Positions 39,514 through 52,079 of a DNA stretch of 64,000 nt are shown here, piece after piece. The stretch is taken from assembly GCF_000189555.1 (NCBI RefSeq), contig NC_017276.1; one strand, given 5' to 3'. Each line of letters opens with the position of its first letter. The stretch's first letter is position 1. Position numbers and translations under genes: made by a program. This DNA is from Saccharolobus islandicus REY15A (GTDB lineage Archaea; Thermoproteota; Thermoprotei_A; Sulfolobales; Sulfolobaceae). Below the pieces are notes generated by a model, which worked only from the letters and a program-made list of their open reading frames with translations, did not search any database and had not been told where the DNA came from.

Positions 39514-40307
39514 GCGGAAAACTCTACTCTTTCTTATATTTGAGAGGATTTAAGGTATGGATATCATATAGAACCCAAACAATATTAACGGTATTAGGTT
39601 GGGTTCTCCCAGTTTTCACGTATTACTTCACTGGAACTGCGTTAGGAAATAGAATAGTTAGTGAAGTAGGAGTAAGTAATTATACAGCATTTTTCACTAT
39701 AGGTTTAGCTTTCCAAGGATATGTATCTTCCGTAATTTCAACCATAAGTCAAAGATTACGTAATGAACAGCTTTATGGAACAATAGAGTATTATGTTATT
39801 TCAAGAACTGGAACGTTTGGATTTTTGTTGTATTCAGCACTTTGGGGTCTTACTCTAAATACAATAAATGCAATTATAATTTTGGCCATAGGATTTGCTT
39901 TAAATATACATTATAACGTTAATGTACTCAGCGCAATAGTGATTATAGTACTGTTGATATTATCAACCTTAGGTATAGGTATGATAGCTGGGGCTGTAAC
40001 AATGATAACAAAACAAGGTAATCCCATTTCATTCTTCTTCAACACCTTTACAAATCTTATTGGGGGTACAGTATTTCCAATCACAGTGCTTCCACTATTT
40101 GTAAGGTATATAAGTTACGGAATTCCTTTAACATGGGCATTAGAGGGATTAAGAGAGGCATTTTTAAACGGAACTCCTATAACTGGTGTTGCCCAATTTA
40201 TTATAATATTAGCCATATTTGATATAGTTCTATTACCATTAGGCATATTTTCATATAATTACGCATTCAAAAAAGCTAGAGTAAAGGGTACTCTAGCAGA
40301 ATACTAA
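39492..40307 (+). CDS. ABC-2 type exporter permease
   Basis: [26 protein letters not shown]. Confidence 0.88.
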   Translation: MERKMGISGKLYSFLYLRGFKVWISYRTQTILTVLGWVLPVFTYYFTGTALGNRIVSEVGVSNYTAFFTIGLAFQGYVSSVISTISQRLRNEQLYGTIEYYVISRTGTFGFLLYSALWGLTLNTINAIIILAIGFALNIHYNVNVLSAIVIIVLLILSTLGIGMIAGAVTMITKQGNPISFFFNTFTNLIGGTVFPITVLPLFVRYISYGIPLTWALEGLREAFLNGTPITGVAQFIIILAIFDIVLLPLGIFSYNYAFKKARVKGTLAEY

Positions 40308-40374
40308 TAGACAAATGACTATTGACCACCATGGCAATACCTTAAAAACTATAAGAGGAAAGATTACTCGTGAG

Positions 40375-40797
40375 TCAAAATGTTATACCGAGAGAGTATA
40401 GATTTAGATGAGTTTTTGACCCTAGAGGCTCTAGGTGCTTACTAATCATGTTATTTTTGTTACTGTCAATTTCACTATCAACAGTTTTATTAACAACAGT
40501 ACGAAATCCGACAACTATTCTATCTTTCTGCAATCTATTACTATATAATACAATTATTGAACAATCAGTCCTTATCCTAATTAATTCGTTTTTGATTGTA
40601 TTGCCTAAATCATCGTTACTAATTGGTAATATAACAAGGACGTCACTTACATCTTTAGGCAGTATGAGGTTAAAGAACTTCGTATAATCAGAAATTATCC
40701 TTAAGCTATAACTTTTAAGGTTGAAAATCTCTCTGCTTCTCGCTACAGTCATAATGAAGTCTTCGAGGTTTCTAATATCGGCAGAATTAGCTAGCAT
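40375..40797 (-). CDS. Hypothetical protein
   Basis: 140 aa ORF with upstream TATA (TTTAAA). Confidence 0.6.
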   Translation of the reverse strand: MLANSADIRNLEDFIMTVARSREIFNLKSYSLRIISDYTKFFNLILPKDVSDVLVILPISNDDLGNTIKNELIRIRTDCSIIVLYSNRLQKDRIVVGFRTVVNKTVDSEIDSNKNNMISKHLEPLGSKTHLNLYSLGITF

Positions 40798-40940
40798 AAC
40801 TCCTTACCTTTAATTAAAAATAGTTAACATTTGGCTTTTTAAAGTTTATATGTATATGGCACTTTTTATGCTCTATACAAAAGTTATGGCGTAATACATT
40901 ATTATTAGGTCCAATTATAGTGGTATTCCTTAAAAGACTT

Positions 40941-41513
40941 TTAAATCTTTTCACAAACATCATACGCTTCTGTGATCAAATCCTCTGCTAGGCTCTTATC
41001 TATTTTAGTTGAATATCTATAATTCTCATGAATTACATGAACTTCCATATCAGTGCTTTTCTCACCCTCAAGATCAAATGTTAAATATTGGACTGTGGAG
41101 AACTCTCTACCTTGTTCCCTTCCTCCTTCTGGGATTCCTTGAATTAGCTTGTTTCCTACCTTTAGAAATATTGAATTATATATTCCTCTCAGATTATCGT
41201 AGATCCAATCCAGGTCCTTAAAATCATAGGAATGAATATAAAGAGAGGCCTTTATCTTACCGTCGCATGGAAGCAATGTTGAGTAAATTCTTATCTCTTC
41301 TAGTATATCCTCCTTCTTTCCCTTCTTATCTAGATATACCATCTCTTGAATCTGTTGAAGAACTGTATCCCTATTTTCAAACAATAACGTTAATCTATCT
41401 CCTAACTCTATTCTTCTTTTGCTCTTTATCTCAATAATTCTCCTTATTCTATCCATTCTTACTTTTTCGTATATCTCCCAAGGTAGGATATCTTGTAAGG
41501 TTATTTTAACCAT
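40941..41513 (-). CDS. DUF3501-family protein
   Basis: IGDRLTLLFEN.DTV..QIQEM...E motif; downstream of rubrerythrin and the Fe-S oxidoreductase. Confidence 0.85.
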   Translation of the reverse strand: MVKITLQDILPWEIYEKVRMDRIRRIIEIKSKRRIELGDRLTLLFENRDTVLQQIQEMVYLDKKGKKEDILEEIRIYSTLLPCDGKIKASLYIHSYDFKDLDWIYDNLRGIYNSIFLKVGNKLIQGIPEGGREQGREFSTVQYLTFDLEGEKSTDMEVHVIHENYRYSTKIDKSLAEDLITEAYDVCEKI

Positions 41514-42693
41514 TTTTCATCGCCTCCTTTAGCAATTGAATCGGATGTAAGGGTCTTCTGCCAGAAGACTTCTCTATTTGAAGCCCCGCAAGAGGGCATT
41601 CAGTTGAAAAAAGATCAGCTTTACTTTGTTTGAAAGCTTCCATCATTTTACTTCCTACCCTTTTAGCAGTGTCATAATTTCTTAATCCCCAGCCCCCATC
41701 TATACCGGAACAACCGTTATTGGAAATATCAACTTTCGCTCCCATAGACCTCAACAGTCTAACCCCAGGTAAACCTACTTGTAAGAACTTAAGATGGCAT
41801 GGAGGATGGTAATACACGTTCTTCTCAATCTTACCCTTTAATTCTATCTTACCTTCATTCTTCAATTTAAATAGGTACTCCATTGCATCATAAACCTTAG
41901 GTATTTCATTATCAAGAATCTTCTTATACTCCCTAATCATCAAAGTACAAGTTGGTATGGGCGAAACCACGTCATAACCTTTCTTTACCAAATCCTCTAT
42001 GATTTTGGTATTATACTCAGCGTTTTTCTTAAGCCTATCAACGTCCCCAGAATCAAGCATTGGAGCCCCACAACAAACAAAATTAGGAATAATTACTTCT
42101 ATACCCAATTCGTTATATAACTCTATTAAATCCTCACCGATTTCTGGGAAGAAATTCTCAATTAAGCAAGTGGGAAATAATGCAACCTTTGCTTTAGGAT
42201 TGTCAATACTTCTCTGCTTAACTCTTTCCCTCAAACCTTTCTCCGCAACGGGTAGCGTGGGAGCTTCTTTATGAATACCTAATAGCTCCTTATTCTTCTC
42301 CATAATTACTTTGGCCAAGGGTCTTGCGAACTTCACACCATCTAACATCTCAAATATAAAGTCCCTTACTGTCAGTCCTCTCTTTTTCTTATAATATAGC
42401 CACGCCCATTCCATTAGACTTGGAAAGTCCATGTTAAATTCGTGAGGAGGAACATAGGGACAATTAACGTAACACATCTTACAGTGGAAGCACTTAGAGG
42501 CCACATTAAATAAGTCATCTAAGGTTAAGTTTTTGGGACCTTTTTTATCAGTATAAGTAAACATAAGGGGAAAGGAGTCACAATAATTAAAGCATAACCT
42601 ACAACCGTGACAAACACTTGCTTGTCTTATAAACTCTGACAATAATTTATCGGAATCAAAAAAAGTAGGATTACTTGGATTTAAAGAATACAT
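41506..42693 (-). CDS. Fe-S oxidoreductase (GlpC/HdrD-like, CCG domains)
   Basis: CHGCRLC, CFHCKMC...CP, CCG, PCH and GCSG motifs. Confidence 0.88.
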   Translation of the reverse strand: MYSLNPSNPTFFDSDKLLSEFIRQASVCHGCRLCFNYCDSFPLMFTYTDKKGPKNLTLDDLFNVASKCFHCKMCYVNCPYVPPHEFNMDFPSLMEWAWLYYKKKRGLTVRDFIFEMLDGVKFARPLAKVIMEKNKELLGIHKEAPTLPVAEKGLRERVKQRSIDNPKAKVALFPTCLIENFFPEIGEDLIELYNELGIEVIIPNFVCCGAPMLDSGDVDRLKKNAEYNTKIIEDLVKKGYDVVSPIPTCTLMIREYKKILDNEIPKVYDAMEYLFKLKNEGKIELKGKIEKNVYYHPPCHLKFLQVGLPGVRLLRSMGAKVDISNNGCSGIDGGWGLRNYDTAKRVGSKMMEAFKQSKADLFSTECPLAGLQIEKSSGRRPLHPIQLLKEAMKNG

Positions 42694-43127
42694 TACTTGC
42701 CTCCCTTTAGTTGATTAAGTACAGCAGTGAATTTCTCTGCATGGCTCTTTTCTGCTCTTGCCAAGGTTTCAAACCACTCAGCAACTTCATTGAATCCTTC
42801 TTCCCTAGCTATCTTAGCATAGCCTGGATACATTTGAGTCCATTCATAAGTTTCTCCTGCTACCGCTGATTCTATCATTTGCTCTAATGTCCCTATTGGC
42901 TTGTCAGTAGCTGGATCACCAATTCCTCCTTGCCTTATGAAATCTAAGTGACCAAATGCGTGGGCAGTTTCACCTTCTGCTATGCTTCTCAATAACCCAG
43001 CAATTTCGGGGTATCCTTCCTCATCAGCCCTCCTAGCGAAATATAGATATCTTCTATTTGCCATAGCCTCTCCGCAGAATGCATGTTTTAAGTTCTCAGC
43101 AGTTTTAGTTCCTTTTATCTCTTTCAT
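42693..43127 (-). CDS. Sulerythrin (rubrerythrin without a rubredoxin domain)
   Basis: GEAMANRRY, EGETAHA, GETYE, AEKSHA di-iron motifs; 144 aa. Confidence 0.92.
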   Translation of the reverse strand: MKEIKGTKTAENLKHAFCGEAMANRRYLYFARRADEEGYPEIAGLLRSIAEGETAHAFGHLDFIRQGGIGDPATDKPIGTLEQMIESAVAGETYEWTQMYPGYAKIAREEGFNEVAEWFETLARAEKSHAEKFTAVLNQLKGGK

Positions 43128-43209
43128 CTTCTCACGCTATACTACTTTATTACTGCTAGTTTTTAAAAGTTTCTATCATTACTATCTACAAGTGTATTTT
43201 AAAAAAGAG

Positions 43210-43686
43210 TTATTCTAACCTATAGGAGAAGGTAGATTTGGAAAGTGCTAGGAATATTACTCCTATTAATAATAGGATTGTTGGTATATAAATGCGAGGC
43301 TCTGGAGCGATAAAGTCAAACACAGAGGTAAGAAGTCCGTAATAGAATAGTAATATCGAAAGTATAACTAATACAACACCTGTTATTATAAAGGTCTTGT
43401 TGTAGGTATAATACGTGAATAAATCCTGCCAATCAGCTTTCTCATTATCAACAATTATACATAGACCTTTCATAAAGGTTAAAGACTTACCACTGCCGAA
43501 CATTGCAAAGCCATTTATCTTGTTAAAACCTAATTCTTTTGCCTCTTCATTACCTTTTTTCAAATTAAATTTTATTATATCAACTAATTTTGATGGATAA
43601 TCAATATTTGAACTTTCTTCAATTTTTCCTTCCTCATTAATTTTTATATGCCCAATATATCCTTTCAGCTTCTTTATATTATCCAC
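43210..43686 (-). CDS. Roadblock-like (DUF2173-like) domain plus C-terminal TMs
   Basis: NEEAKELGF...GFAM motif shared with its neighbour; two C-terminal hydrophobic helices. Confidence 0.6.
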   Translation of the reverse strand: MDNIKKLKGYIGHIKINEEGKIEESSNIDYPSKLVDIIKFNLKKGNEEAKELGFNKINGFAMFGSGKSLTFMKGLCIIVDNEKADWQDLFTYYTYNKTFIITGVVLVILSILLFYYGLLTSVFDFIAPEPRIYIPTILLLIGVIFLALSKSTFSYRLE

Positions 43687-43990
43687 TTCTTATCACCTCA
43701 CCTTTTAGGATAGCCTTTATTAATAAGTCCCAATTGGTTTTCTTGGCATTAGTTATTACTAAGTAATCATCTACGAATACAACTCCCATGTCATCTAATA
43801 TCATTGCAAACCCTCTAAATGACTCTAGAAATTTTAACTCTTTAGCTTCATTTTCTCCAATTCTCATATTCTCCATTATAATGTTGCTTAATTTATCAAG
43901 ATCGATCAAGATATCTTGCCCTTGTATTTTAGTGAGCTTACCCTCACGAAATCTAAAGATGGCAATTATACCTGGTATATTATCTAGCAT
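43679..43990 (-). CDS. Roadblock-like (DUF2173-like) small protein
   Basis: GENEAKELKF...GFAM motif; 103 aa. Confidence 0.6.
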   Translation of the reverse strand: MLDNIPGIIAIFRFREGKLTKIQGQDILIDLDKLSNIIMENMRIGENEAKELKFLESFRGFAMILDDMGVVFVDDYLVITNAKKTNWDLLIKAILKGEVIRSG

Positions 43991-44121
43991 TTTCCTTCAC
44001 TCATTATCTAAATATGACATTTTACATAAATAAGCTTTTCCTTCAAATTATTAATTTATTACACTAGATCCAAAAGTTATTTATTAATTATATTCCTAAA
44101 AAATAATTAAGAGAGAAGTTA

Positions 44122-46371
44122 TTATCTTTTACTCATGATTGCCTTCATAATTTCCTCTGGAGTAGTTGGAGTTTTGGTGAATCTGGCACCAACGGCGTCC
44201 TCCAATGCTCTAATTATTACTGCTGGACCTACTATCAATGCAGCTTCACCAACTCCTTTACTTCCAGTTGGATAGTTAGATGGATGATATTGATCAGCAA
44301 ATATTGAGGTGAACTTAGGCACCTCGACAGCTGTAGGAACATAATAGTCAGCGTAAGTTACGATTAATTGGCCATTCTCGTTAAGCAAGGCTTGTTCATA
44401 TAGTGCTTGCCCAACAGCTTGAACACCTCCTCCATGAATTTGTGCCTCTGCTAATGCTGGATTTACAACATTTCCAATATCGTCGTACGCTCTATACTCC
44501 AACACTCTAGCAATTCCAGTATCATCCACTTCCACTGTCGCTATATGGACTCCATATGGGAAAGTTACATCGTTCTCGTATATTATCTTCTCTACCAGTC
44601 CCGGATCATGACTTCTATAAGCTATATTAGCAACATCGTCCCAACTCATCCTCTTACTTGGGTCACTCCTTAACTTGAACTCTCCTTTTTCATATTGAAC
44701 TTCTTGAACATCGACATTCCAAGTAGATGCAGCGATTCTCTTCATCTTATCCAAAATCTTTTCCGCAACTTTAATCGCTGCAGAGCCGCCTATTGTTACA
44801 GATCTTGAACCGTAAGTTCCCATACTAGCTGCAACAGTATCAGTATCTCCCCATATTACCCTAACCCTGCTTATATCTATTTGCAATGCATCAGCGACTA
44901 TTTGAGCTATGGCAGTTTCCGTTCCTTGTCCATGTGGTGTAGTACCAGTTATTACTAATACATCTCCCCTCTCATCCACTCTAACTTCAGCATATTCCCA
45001 CGGACCAAAACTGCATATCTCCAGATAATATGCTAACCCTACTCCAACCCTATGCCCTTTCTTTCTCTCCTCTTCAGCCCACTTCTTAAGTTCGTAATAA
45101 CCTAACCTCTTTACGCCTTCTCTTAATAATCCCACATAGTCTCCACTATCGTACCTTAAACCAAATGGATTTGCATATGGTAATTCAGTGACTAGATTCT
45201 TTTCCCTAATACTAACATCGTCTAAGCCTAACTCGTCAGCTACTGTACTCATTATCCTTTCAATTATATATGTTGCTTCTGGTCTACTAGCTCCTCTGTA
45301 CATAGTAATTGGGGGAGTATTGGTGTAAACTGCAACACTTTCAATATCTAAGTTACGTATCTTGTAGGGACCGGGTATCATCATTGGTATTATCAATGGT
45401 TGGATTCCAGCAGTTACTGTTATATAAGCTCCTAGATCTAGTAACAATTTACCCTTGATACCTAAAATGGTACCATCTCTTTTAACTGCTACCTCACCAG
45501 TGAAAACATTATGCCTAGCTTCACTGGCTAACATTTCCTCACTTCTGGTAGCCGTCCATCTCACTGGCCTTCCTAAAATGACTGATGAAGCTACAACTGC
45601 TAGTTCTTCTGGCATTAAATGAACTTTAGCTCCAAAGGCACCCCCAACATCCGGCATGCTAACCTTTATCTTACTTTCGGGTATACCAAGTATTCTAGAA
45701 AATTCTGAACGCATATAGTGGGGTACTTGCGTAGAATACCATACTGACAGTGTACCTGCTTCATATCTAGCCACTATTCCCCTAGGTTCCATAGGATTAG
45801 GAATTAATCTTTCATTTATGGCCTCAACTCTAACTACCTTATCGGCTTCGTTAAACGCCTTATCTACTTCTCCTGCTTTAAATGGAATCTTATAAGATAT
45901 ATTAGTCTTTAACTCTTCATGGATTATCACTTGATCTTTCTCCGCTTCTTCCATTGTAGTTACTGGTTTTAAGGGTTCATAATCAACTACCACCTTATCT
46001 ATGGCATCCCTAACACTATACTTATCTTGGCCAAGAACAATTGCAACTGGTTCGCCTACGTATTTAACCTTATTGTTTGGAAACGCCTTCCTCTCACTAT
46101 ACCTAAATGATCTTATATCTATATACGTTGGCCAAGGTCTAATTCCACCCTTTAATAAGGGGTTGATTTCCTTTGCAGTAAATACTGCAACTATACCATT
46201 AACCTTTAATGCGTCTCTAACATCAATTCTCTTAATGATTGCATGAGGATAAGTGCTCCTAACAAAGCCGGCATATAGGGCTGGTATCCTTATATCGTCA
46301 ACGTATGTACTTTTACCAGTCACGAACTTATCATCATATAGTCTTTTTATTGGTTTACCCACGTAGCTCAT
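44122..46371 (-). CDS. cutA: Xanthine dehydrogenase-family molybdopterin large subunit (CutA/CoxL-like; aldehyde oxidoreductase)
   Basis: [30 protein letters not shown]. Confidence 0.92.
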   Translation of the reverse strand: MSYVGKPIKRLYDDKFVTGKSTYVDDIRIPALYAGFVRSTYPHAIIKRIDVRDALKVNGIVAVFTAKEINPLLKGGIRPWPTYIDIRSFRYSERKAFPNNKVKYVGEPVAIVLGQDKYSVRDAIDKVVVDYEPLKPVTTMEEAEKDQVIIHEELKTNISYKIPFKAGEVDKAFNEADKVVRVEAINERLIPNPMEPRGIVARYEAGTLSVWYSTQVPHYMRSEFSRILGIPESKIKVSMPDVGGAFGAKVHLMPEELAVVASSVILGRPVRWTATRSEEMLASEARHNVFTGEVAVKRDGTILGIKGKLLLDLGAYITVTAGIQPLIIPMMIPGPYKIRNLDIESVAVYTNTPPITMYRGASRPEATYIIERIMSTVADELGLDDVSIREKNLVTELPYANPFGLRYDSGDYVGLLREGVKRLGYYELKKWAEEERKKGHRVGVGLAYYLEICSFGPWEYAEVRVDERGDVLVITGTTPHGQGTETAIAQIVADALQIDISRVRVIWGDTDTVAASMGTYGSRSVTIGGSAAIKVAEKILDKMKRIAASTWNVDVQEVQYEKGEFKLRSDPSKRMSWDDVANIAYRSHDPGLVEKIIYENDVTFPYGVHIATVEVDDTGIARVLEYRAYDDIGNVVNPALAEAQIHGGGVQAVGQALYEQALLNENGQLIVTYADYYVPTAVEVPKFTSIFADQYHPSNYPTGSKGVGEAALIVGPAVIIRALEDAVGARFTKTPTTPEEIMKAIMSKR

Positions 46372-46859
46372 GTTCTTAACCTCCTTGCAGCATCTAAAAC
46401 TGCCTTAACAATGTTTTGATATCCAGTACACCTACAAATATTACCGTGAAGTCCATCCCTAACCTCCTCTTCAGAAGGATTTGGATTTTCCTTTAATAAG
46501 AAATACGTCTGCATTATCATTCCCGGTGTACAGAAACCACACTGAAGAGCGAAATTTTCCTTGAACGCCTCTTGAATTGGATGAAGTTTAGAATCTACTG
46601 AGAGACCCTCAATTGTAGTTATTTCAGCACCATCAGCTTGTACTGCAAACAATGTACAAGATTTCACTGATTTGCCGTTTAGTATAACTGTACATGCGCC
46701 GCAAGTCGTAGTATCACAACCGATTTTTGTTCCCGTTAAACCTAACTCTTCCCTTAAGAAGTCCACTAACAACATCCTTGGACTTACGTATCTCTCATAC
46801 AATACTCCATTTACCTTAACTTTTATTTTAACTTTCTCTCCTTGATTAACCATTAACAT
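46368..46859 (-). CDS. cutC: 2x[2Fe-2S] small subunit (CutC/CoxS-like)
   Basis: [10 protein letters not shown]...C and QCGFCTPG...CRC. Confidence 0.93.
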   Translation of the reverse strand: MLMVNQGEKVKIKVKVNGVLYERYVSPRMLLVDFLREELGLTGTKIGCDTTTCGACTVILNGKSVKSCTLFAVQADGAEITTIEGLSVDSKLHPIQEAFKENFALQCGFCTPGMIMQTYFLLKENPNPSEEEVRDGLHGNICRCTGYQNIVKAVLDAARRLRT

Positions 46860-47708
46860 TTAACTTAACACCTCCTTTAAGGCTTTTCTAGTTATAACCT
46901 TCATAAGTTCCCTCCTATACCAAGAACTCCCCCTAGTATCGGAAGGGGGATTTACTTGACTTGAAACCTTACTTACAATTTCCTCAATTAACTCATCATT
47001 TAGCCTTTTACCTGTTACACTTTTTTCAACTTCTAATGCTCTGAATGGTCTCTCCCCAACTCCACCATAGGCTAATCTAATATCCTCTATCTCATTTTGC
47101 CTTAATTTTATGGCTAATGCTAGGGATACAAGTGCAAAATCTCCAGCTCTTCTGACAATTTTTTTATAAATTGTTCGATATCCCTCCAAGTTTGGTAAAA
47201 CAATTTCAGATATAATTTCACCTTTTCTTAAATCTGTGGTAAATGCACCTTTGAAGAAATCTAGAGCGTTGACTGATCTATTGCCAGATACCGAGGATAA
47301 AACAATTTCAGCATTTAACGCAGTAAGTACAGTGGGCATATCAGCAGATGGATCAGCATTTGCAGCGCTACCACCAATAGTACCTAAGTTTCTAACTTGC
47401 ATATCTCCTACAACCTTAACTGCTTGGTGAAGTAATGGCACGTTTACCTTTACTAGATCGTTCTTTAGTATTTCATTATATCGAGTTAAAGCGCCGATTC
47501 TAGTTGAATTATATGAACTTCTTACATAACTTAATGACGTTACAGGATTTAGGTCAACTATGTAATTGGGCGATATTACACGAAGTTTAAGCATTGGAAT
47601 TAGACTCTGCCCTCCAGCTAGAGGCCTTGCATCTTCGTGAGACTCTAGGAATTTTGTAGCTTCCTCAGTGCTACTGACCCTAACATATGTAAAATCTGGC
47701 GGATACAC
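46860..47708 (-). CDS. cutB: FAD-binding medium subunit (CutB/CoxM-like)
   Basis: AGGQSL, RNLGTIGGS, AD, D.RGS..YR. Confidence 0.93.
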   Translation of the reverse strand: MYPPDFTYVRVSSTEEATKFLESHEDARPLAGGQSLIPMLKLRVISPNYIVDLNPVTSLSYVRSSYNSTRIGALTRYNEILKNDLVKVNVPLLHQAVKVVGDMQVRNLGTIGGSAANADPSADMPTVLTALNAEIVLSSVSGNRSVNALDFFKGAFTTDLRKGEIISEIVLPNLEGYRTIYKKIVRRAGDFALVSLALAIKLRQNEIEDIRLAYGGVGERPFRALEVEKSVTGKRLNDELIEEIVSKVSSQVNPPSDTRGSSWYRRELMKVITRKALKEVLS

Positions 47709-47913
47709 ATATTATATTGTACTTTTAGCTATTTATTTTATCACGTAAAAAATGTTTAGGTAGGAATATTAGGTAATAAAATGTTTCTTTATTTTTCTAC
47801 ATCTAAGTCACAAGGAGAGTTCTAATATAAAAACCAATAGTTGAACATTTTACATTAACATAGATAAAAAGATTAAATATATGTGATGAGAAATATTTTT
47901 CTAGAGAAATATT

Positions 47914-49329
47914 TCACTTTATTTTGAACTGTCTTAACACATTGTTTCTATGAATGTACTTTGTAATAGTTGGTGGGACTATAACAGTACCATTTCCCTT
48001 ACCTATAACCTTACCTATAATGTGAGGCTCTAGCGACTTTCTCTTCAACTCATCGAAAATTTCATCAATAACCTTCTTATGAGCAAAAATAACTATAGCC
48101 CCATTTGTCCCTGCAGTAGAATTTGGTATGATAAAATTCTCTGTTGCAAATTCATGTATATCTGGGTCTATTACTGGGATATCGAACAGCTCTACATCTA
48201 CTTGTGCCTTTTCAGCAAATTCCTTTATCACAAATAACCCTGGACCAGTAACATCAGTGGTCATAGCTATATGAGAGTTTTCGTCAAATGTCCCTCCAAA
48301 TGGTGGTAGATGATCATATATTATCTTAGCTATCTCAGTATTAGGTTCTCTCATGTAATTTAGAGCCTTTTTCTTAGCTTCTTCCACTCTCTGTATGGTA
48401 ATTCCCCTAGCTTCCATATCTTCTATTAGCTCTGGTACAGTCAGCATCCACATAAAGACGTTTATTGGCGTTAATTCACCAACTGGTCTAGTCACTAAGA
48501 TTTCCATATTCTCATTAACCATATTGTAGTATGTCGGTAATTCGTGATCGGACTTACCTATTACAGTAGCTCCTATCATCAACGTCTTGGAATTGGGTTG
48601 AACATCACTTAATAATTCAATTGAATACTCTCTAGAGTAATTTTCAGCATTTCTTAGCAATTGTTGCTTTAGATCATCAGTTGGAGCATCAACAACGGGG
48701 ATCATTCTTAAATCTTGAAAAACGCCCTTAGTGAAAAGATCATTTAGAGAATTGGAAATGGCAACATCGACTTGCATCTGAGATCCTGGATCATCCAAGG
48801 GATCTACTATTTGAATCGTATCGTTATTTGCAACAGTGTAAGATTTCTCCTTTGCTCCATCAAGTCTGAATAGATCCAATACTGCCACTTCACCCTTGGG
48901 ATTTGAGGTAACTATTGAATGTCCTTTACCTATTGTGAGCTTTCTGCTAGTTTTTATCGAAGTGTAAACTTTCAGTAGAAACTCAGCGAATTTATCTGGA
49001 TTCCCTGAAGTCTCTTGATTGACTTGAATAAGGCTAACAGCCCTATCCGCATCAAATTCCCCACCGTTTATTACTCTCTTTATATAAATTTTCTCTCTGC
49101 TTACGAAAATATCAGCATCTTCTCTAGGTAGTATTTCTATATTTCTTCTAACCAGCTCATCTCTTATCTTATGTATGGCTGGGTAAACTGTATCTATTAG
49201 ATCTACTTTTACTGCACAACCGGTTGCAAGGGATAATGGATTCAGTCCCATTTTTTTGTACTTATCTAAATTAACTCTAAATTTATCAATCAGCTTATCA
49301 ATAGCCATCAAGTTAGCATATTCTCCCAA
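47914..49329 (-). CDS. SelD-like (selenophosphate synthetase / PurM superfamily) protein
   Basis: N-terminal GCAVKV (CxxK, TGT codon), [23 protein letters not shown] motifs. Confidence 0.8.
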   Translation of the reverse strand: MGEYANLMAIDKLIDKFRVNLDKYKKMGLNPLSLATGCAVKVDLIDTVYPAIHKIRDELVRRNIEILPREDADIFVSREKIYIKRVINGGEFDADRAVSLIQVNQETSGNPDKFAEFLLKVYTSIKTSRKLTIGKGHSIVTSNPKGEVAVLDLFRLDGAKEKSYTVANNDTIQIVDPLDDPGSQMQVDVAISNSLNDLFTKGVFQDLRMIPVVDAPTDDLKQQLLRNAENYSREYSIELLSDVQPNSKTLMIGATVIGKSDHELPTYYNMVNENMEILVTRPVGELTPINVFMWMLTVPELIEDMEARGITIQRVEEAKKKALNYMREPNTEIAKIIYDHLPPFGGTFDENSHIAMTTDVTGPGLFVIKEFAEKAQVDVELFDIPVIDPDIHEFATENFIIPNSTAGTNGAIVIFAHKKVIDEIFDELKRKSLEPHIIGKVIGKGNGTVIVPPTITKYIHRNNVLRQFKIK

Positions 49330-49450
49330 GAAAATAAAAAGTTAGCTATCATAATGTTTATACATTTTTTGTAACTTTCATTTTAAATAAAAGTAGTTTT
49401 GAAAATCAAAAATTCCAACAAATTTAAATTCTCAATAAAAGGTTTAGATT

Positions 49451-49858
49451 ATGATGTTAATAACCGAGAGAAGGTCCCCTTTTTATCCTAACATACAAAA
49501 CGTACCGCCATCGGTAATTAGAAAACTTGTCAAGAATAAGGAAATTCAACTAATTGATATTAGACAACCGTGGGAATACGAAGATCACCATATATCGGGA
49601 TCAATATTATTACCTTTGGATTACTTTGAAGACTTATTTCAGTTAATGTTAAACAAAAGTAATATAGGGATTATATGTGAACACGCCAATAGGTCTACAT
49701 GGCTGGTTTATACTAAACCTTCTCTATTTAAAGAAGTAAAAGTTTACAATATGTTAGGTGGAATAGAATTGTGGATGATGATGGGCTATGAAGTTGAAAA
49801 AGGAATGGATGATAATGGTACATTATGGTATAAATTACTAACTAAAAATTTAAGATGA
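49451..49858 (+). CDS. Rhodanese-domain sulfurtransferase
   Basis: IDIRQPWEYEDHHISGS, active loop CEHANRS, GG...W. Confidence 0.88.
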   Translation: MMLITERRSPFYPNIQNVPPSVIRKLVKNKEIQLIDIRQPWEYEDHHISGSILLPLDYFEDLFQLMLNKSNIGIICEHANRSTWLVYTKPSLFKEVKVYNMLGGIELWMMMGYEVEKGMDDNGTLWYKLLTKNLR

Positions 49859-49911
49859 AGCTACTTTTTGCATATAGCGAAAGTCTTAAGAAATATGAAT
49901 AAAAACATAAA

Positions 49912-50151
49912 ATGATGGAAAGACTTCCGCCCTCAGCAAAACTTGTATTAAAGGTTATCTTGGAAAAGAAGGTAATTAGATTTAAAGAATTGCAGGAGCA
50001 AACTAAATTACCTACACGTACGTTAAGATATGCTCTAAGAGTACTTAGGGAAAAAGGCCTAATAAAAACACTACCTTGTTTAGATGACGCAAGAGAAAGA
50101 ATGTACTCACTATATGAGATAGACGAGTGCTATAAACTGTTTAACGATTAA
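49912..50151 (+). CDS. Small winged-HTH regulator
   Basis: LPPSAKLVL...TRTLRYALRVL...DARER.Y. Confidence 0.8.
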   Translation: MMERLPPSAKLVLKVILEKKVIRFKELQEQTKLPTRTLRYALRVLREKGLIKTLPCLDDARERMYSLYEIDECYKLFND

Positions 50152-50501
50152 AACTCTTCCATTTCTTCTGCATACATTTCTTCTTCTAATTCTTCCTTCA
50201 TGTTTTTCTTTATCTCCTCTAAATGCTCCAATACTTCCTTGAGATTTCCATATTTTGTAGGAATATATCTTAGTCTACCGTACGACATCATATAAGAACC
50301 GGGGCATAAGAACTTCGGGCCTACCACTATTGCATCTACATTTAGATCTAAAATTACTGACATGGTAGCCTCTTTGCTACCTACTCCAGGGTTCTCATAC
50401 TGTTCAACTTCCCTTTTCTCCTCATCAATGATTCCTATAATTTCCGCTTCGTCGAGAGGTTTTAATTCTTGTGACTTATCATATGTTAAAGCTATTCTCA
50501 T
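50148..50501 (-). CDS. NifB/NifX-like (dinitrogenase cofactor-binding fold) protein
   Basis: YENP...L..VDAIVV...CPGS pattern; 117 aa. Confidence 0.5.
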   Translation of the reverse strand: MRIALTYDKSQELKPLDEAEIIGIIDEEKREVEQYENPGVGSKEATMSVILDLNVDAIVVGPKFLCPGSYMMSYGRLRYIPTKYGNLKEVLEHLEEIKKNMKEELEEEMYAEEMEEF

Positions 50502-50570
50502 AAGCCTCTATTTCAAAACATTTCTTAAATATTTTGTGATCAATAGAGTTAGAAAAATTAGGAAAAAAAC

Positions 50571-52078
<1,508 letters not shown>

Positions 52079-52079
52079 C

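Noticed and set aside
47914-49329. Selenocysteine-containing SelD or a Sec pathway
   Set aside because: The motif codon is TGT (Cys), there is no in-frame TGA, and no selA/selB/selU or tRNA-Sec is seen.
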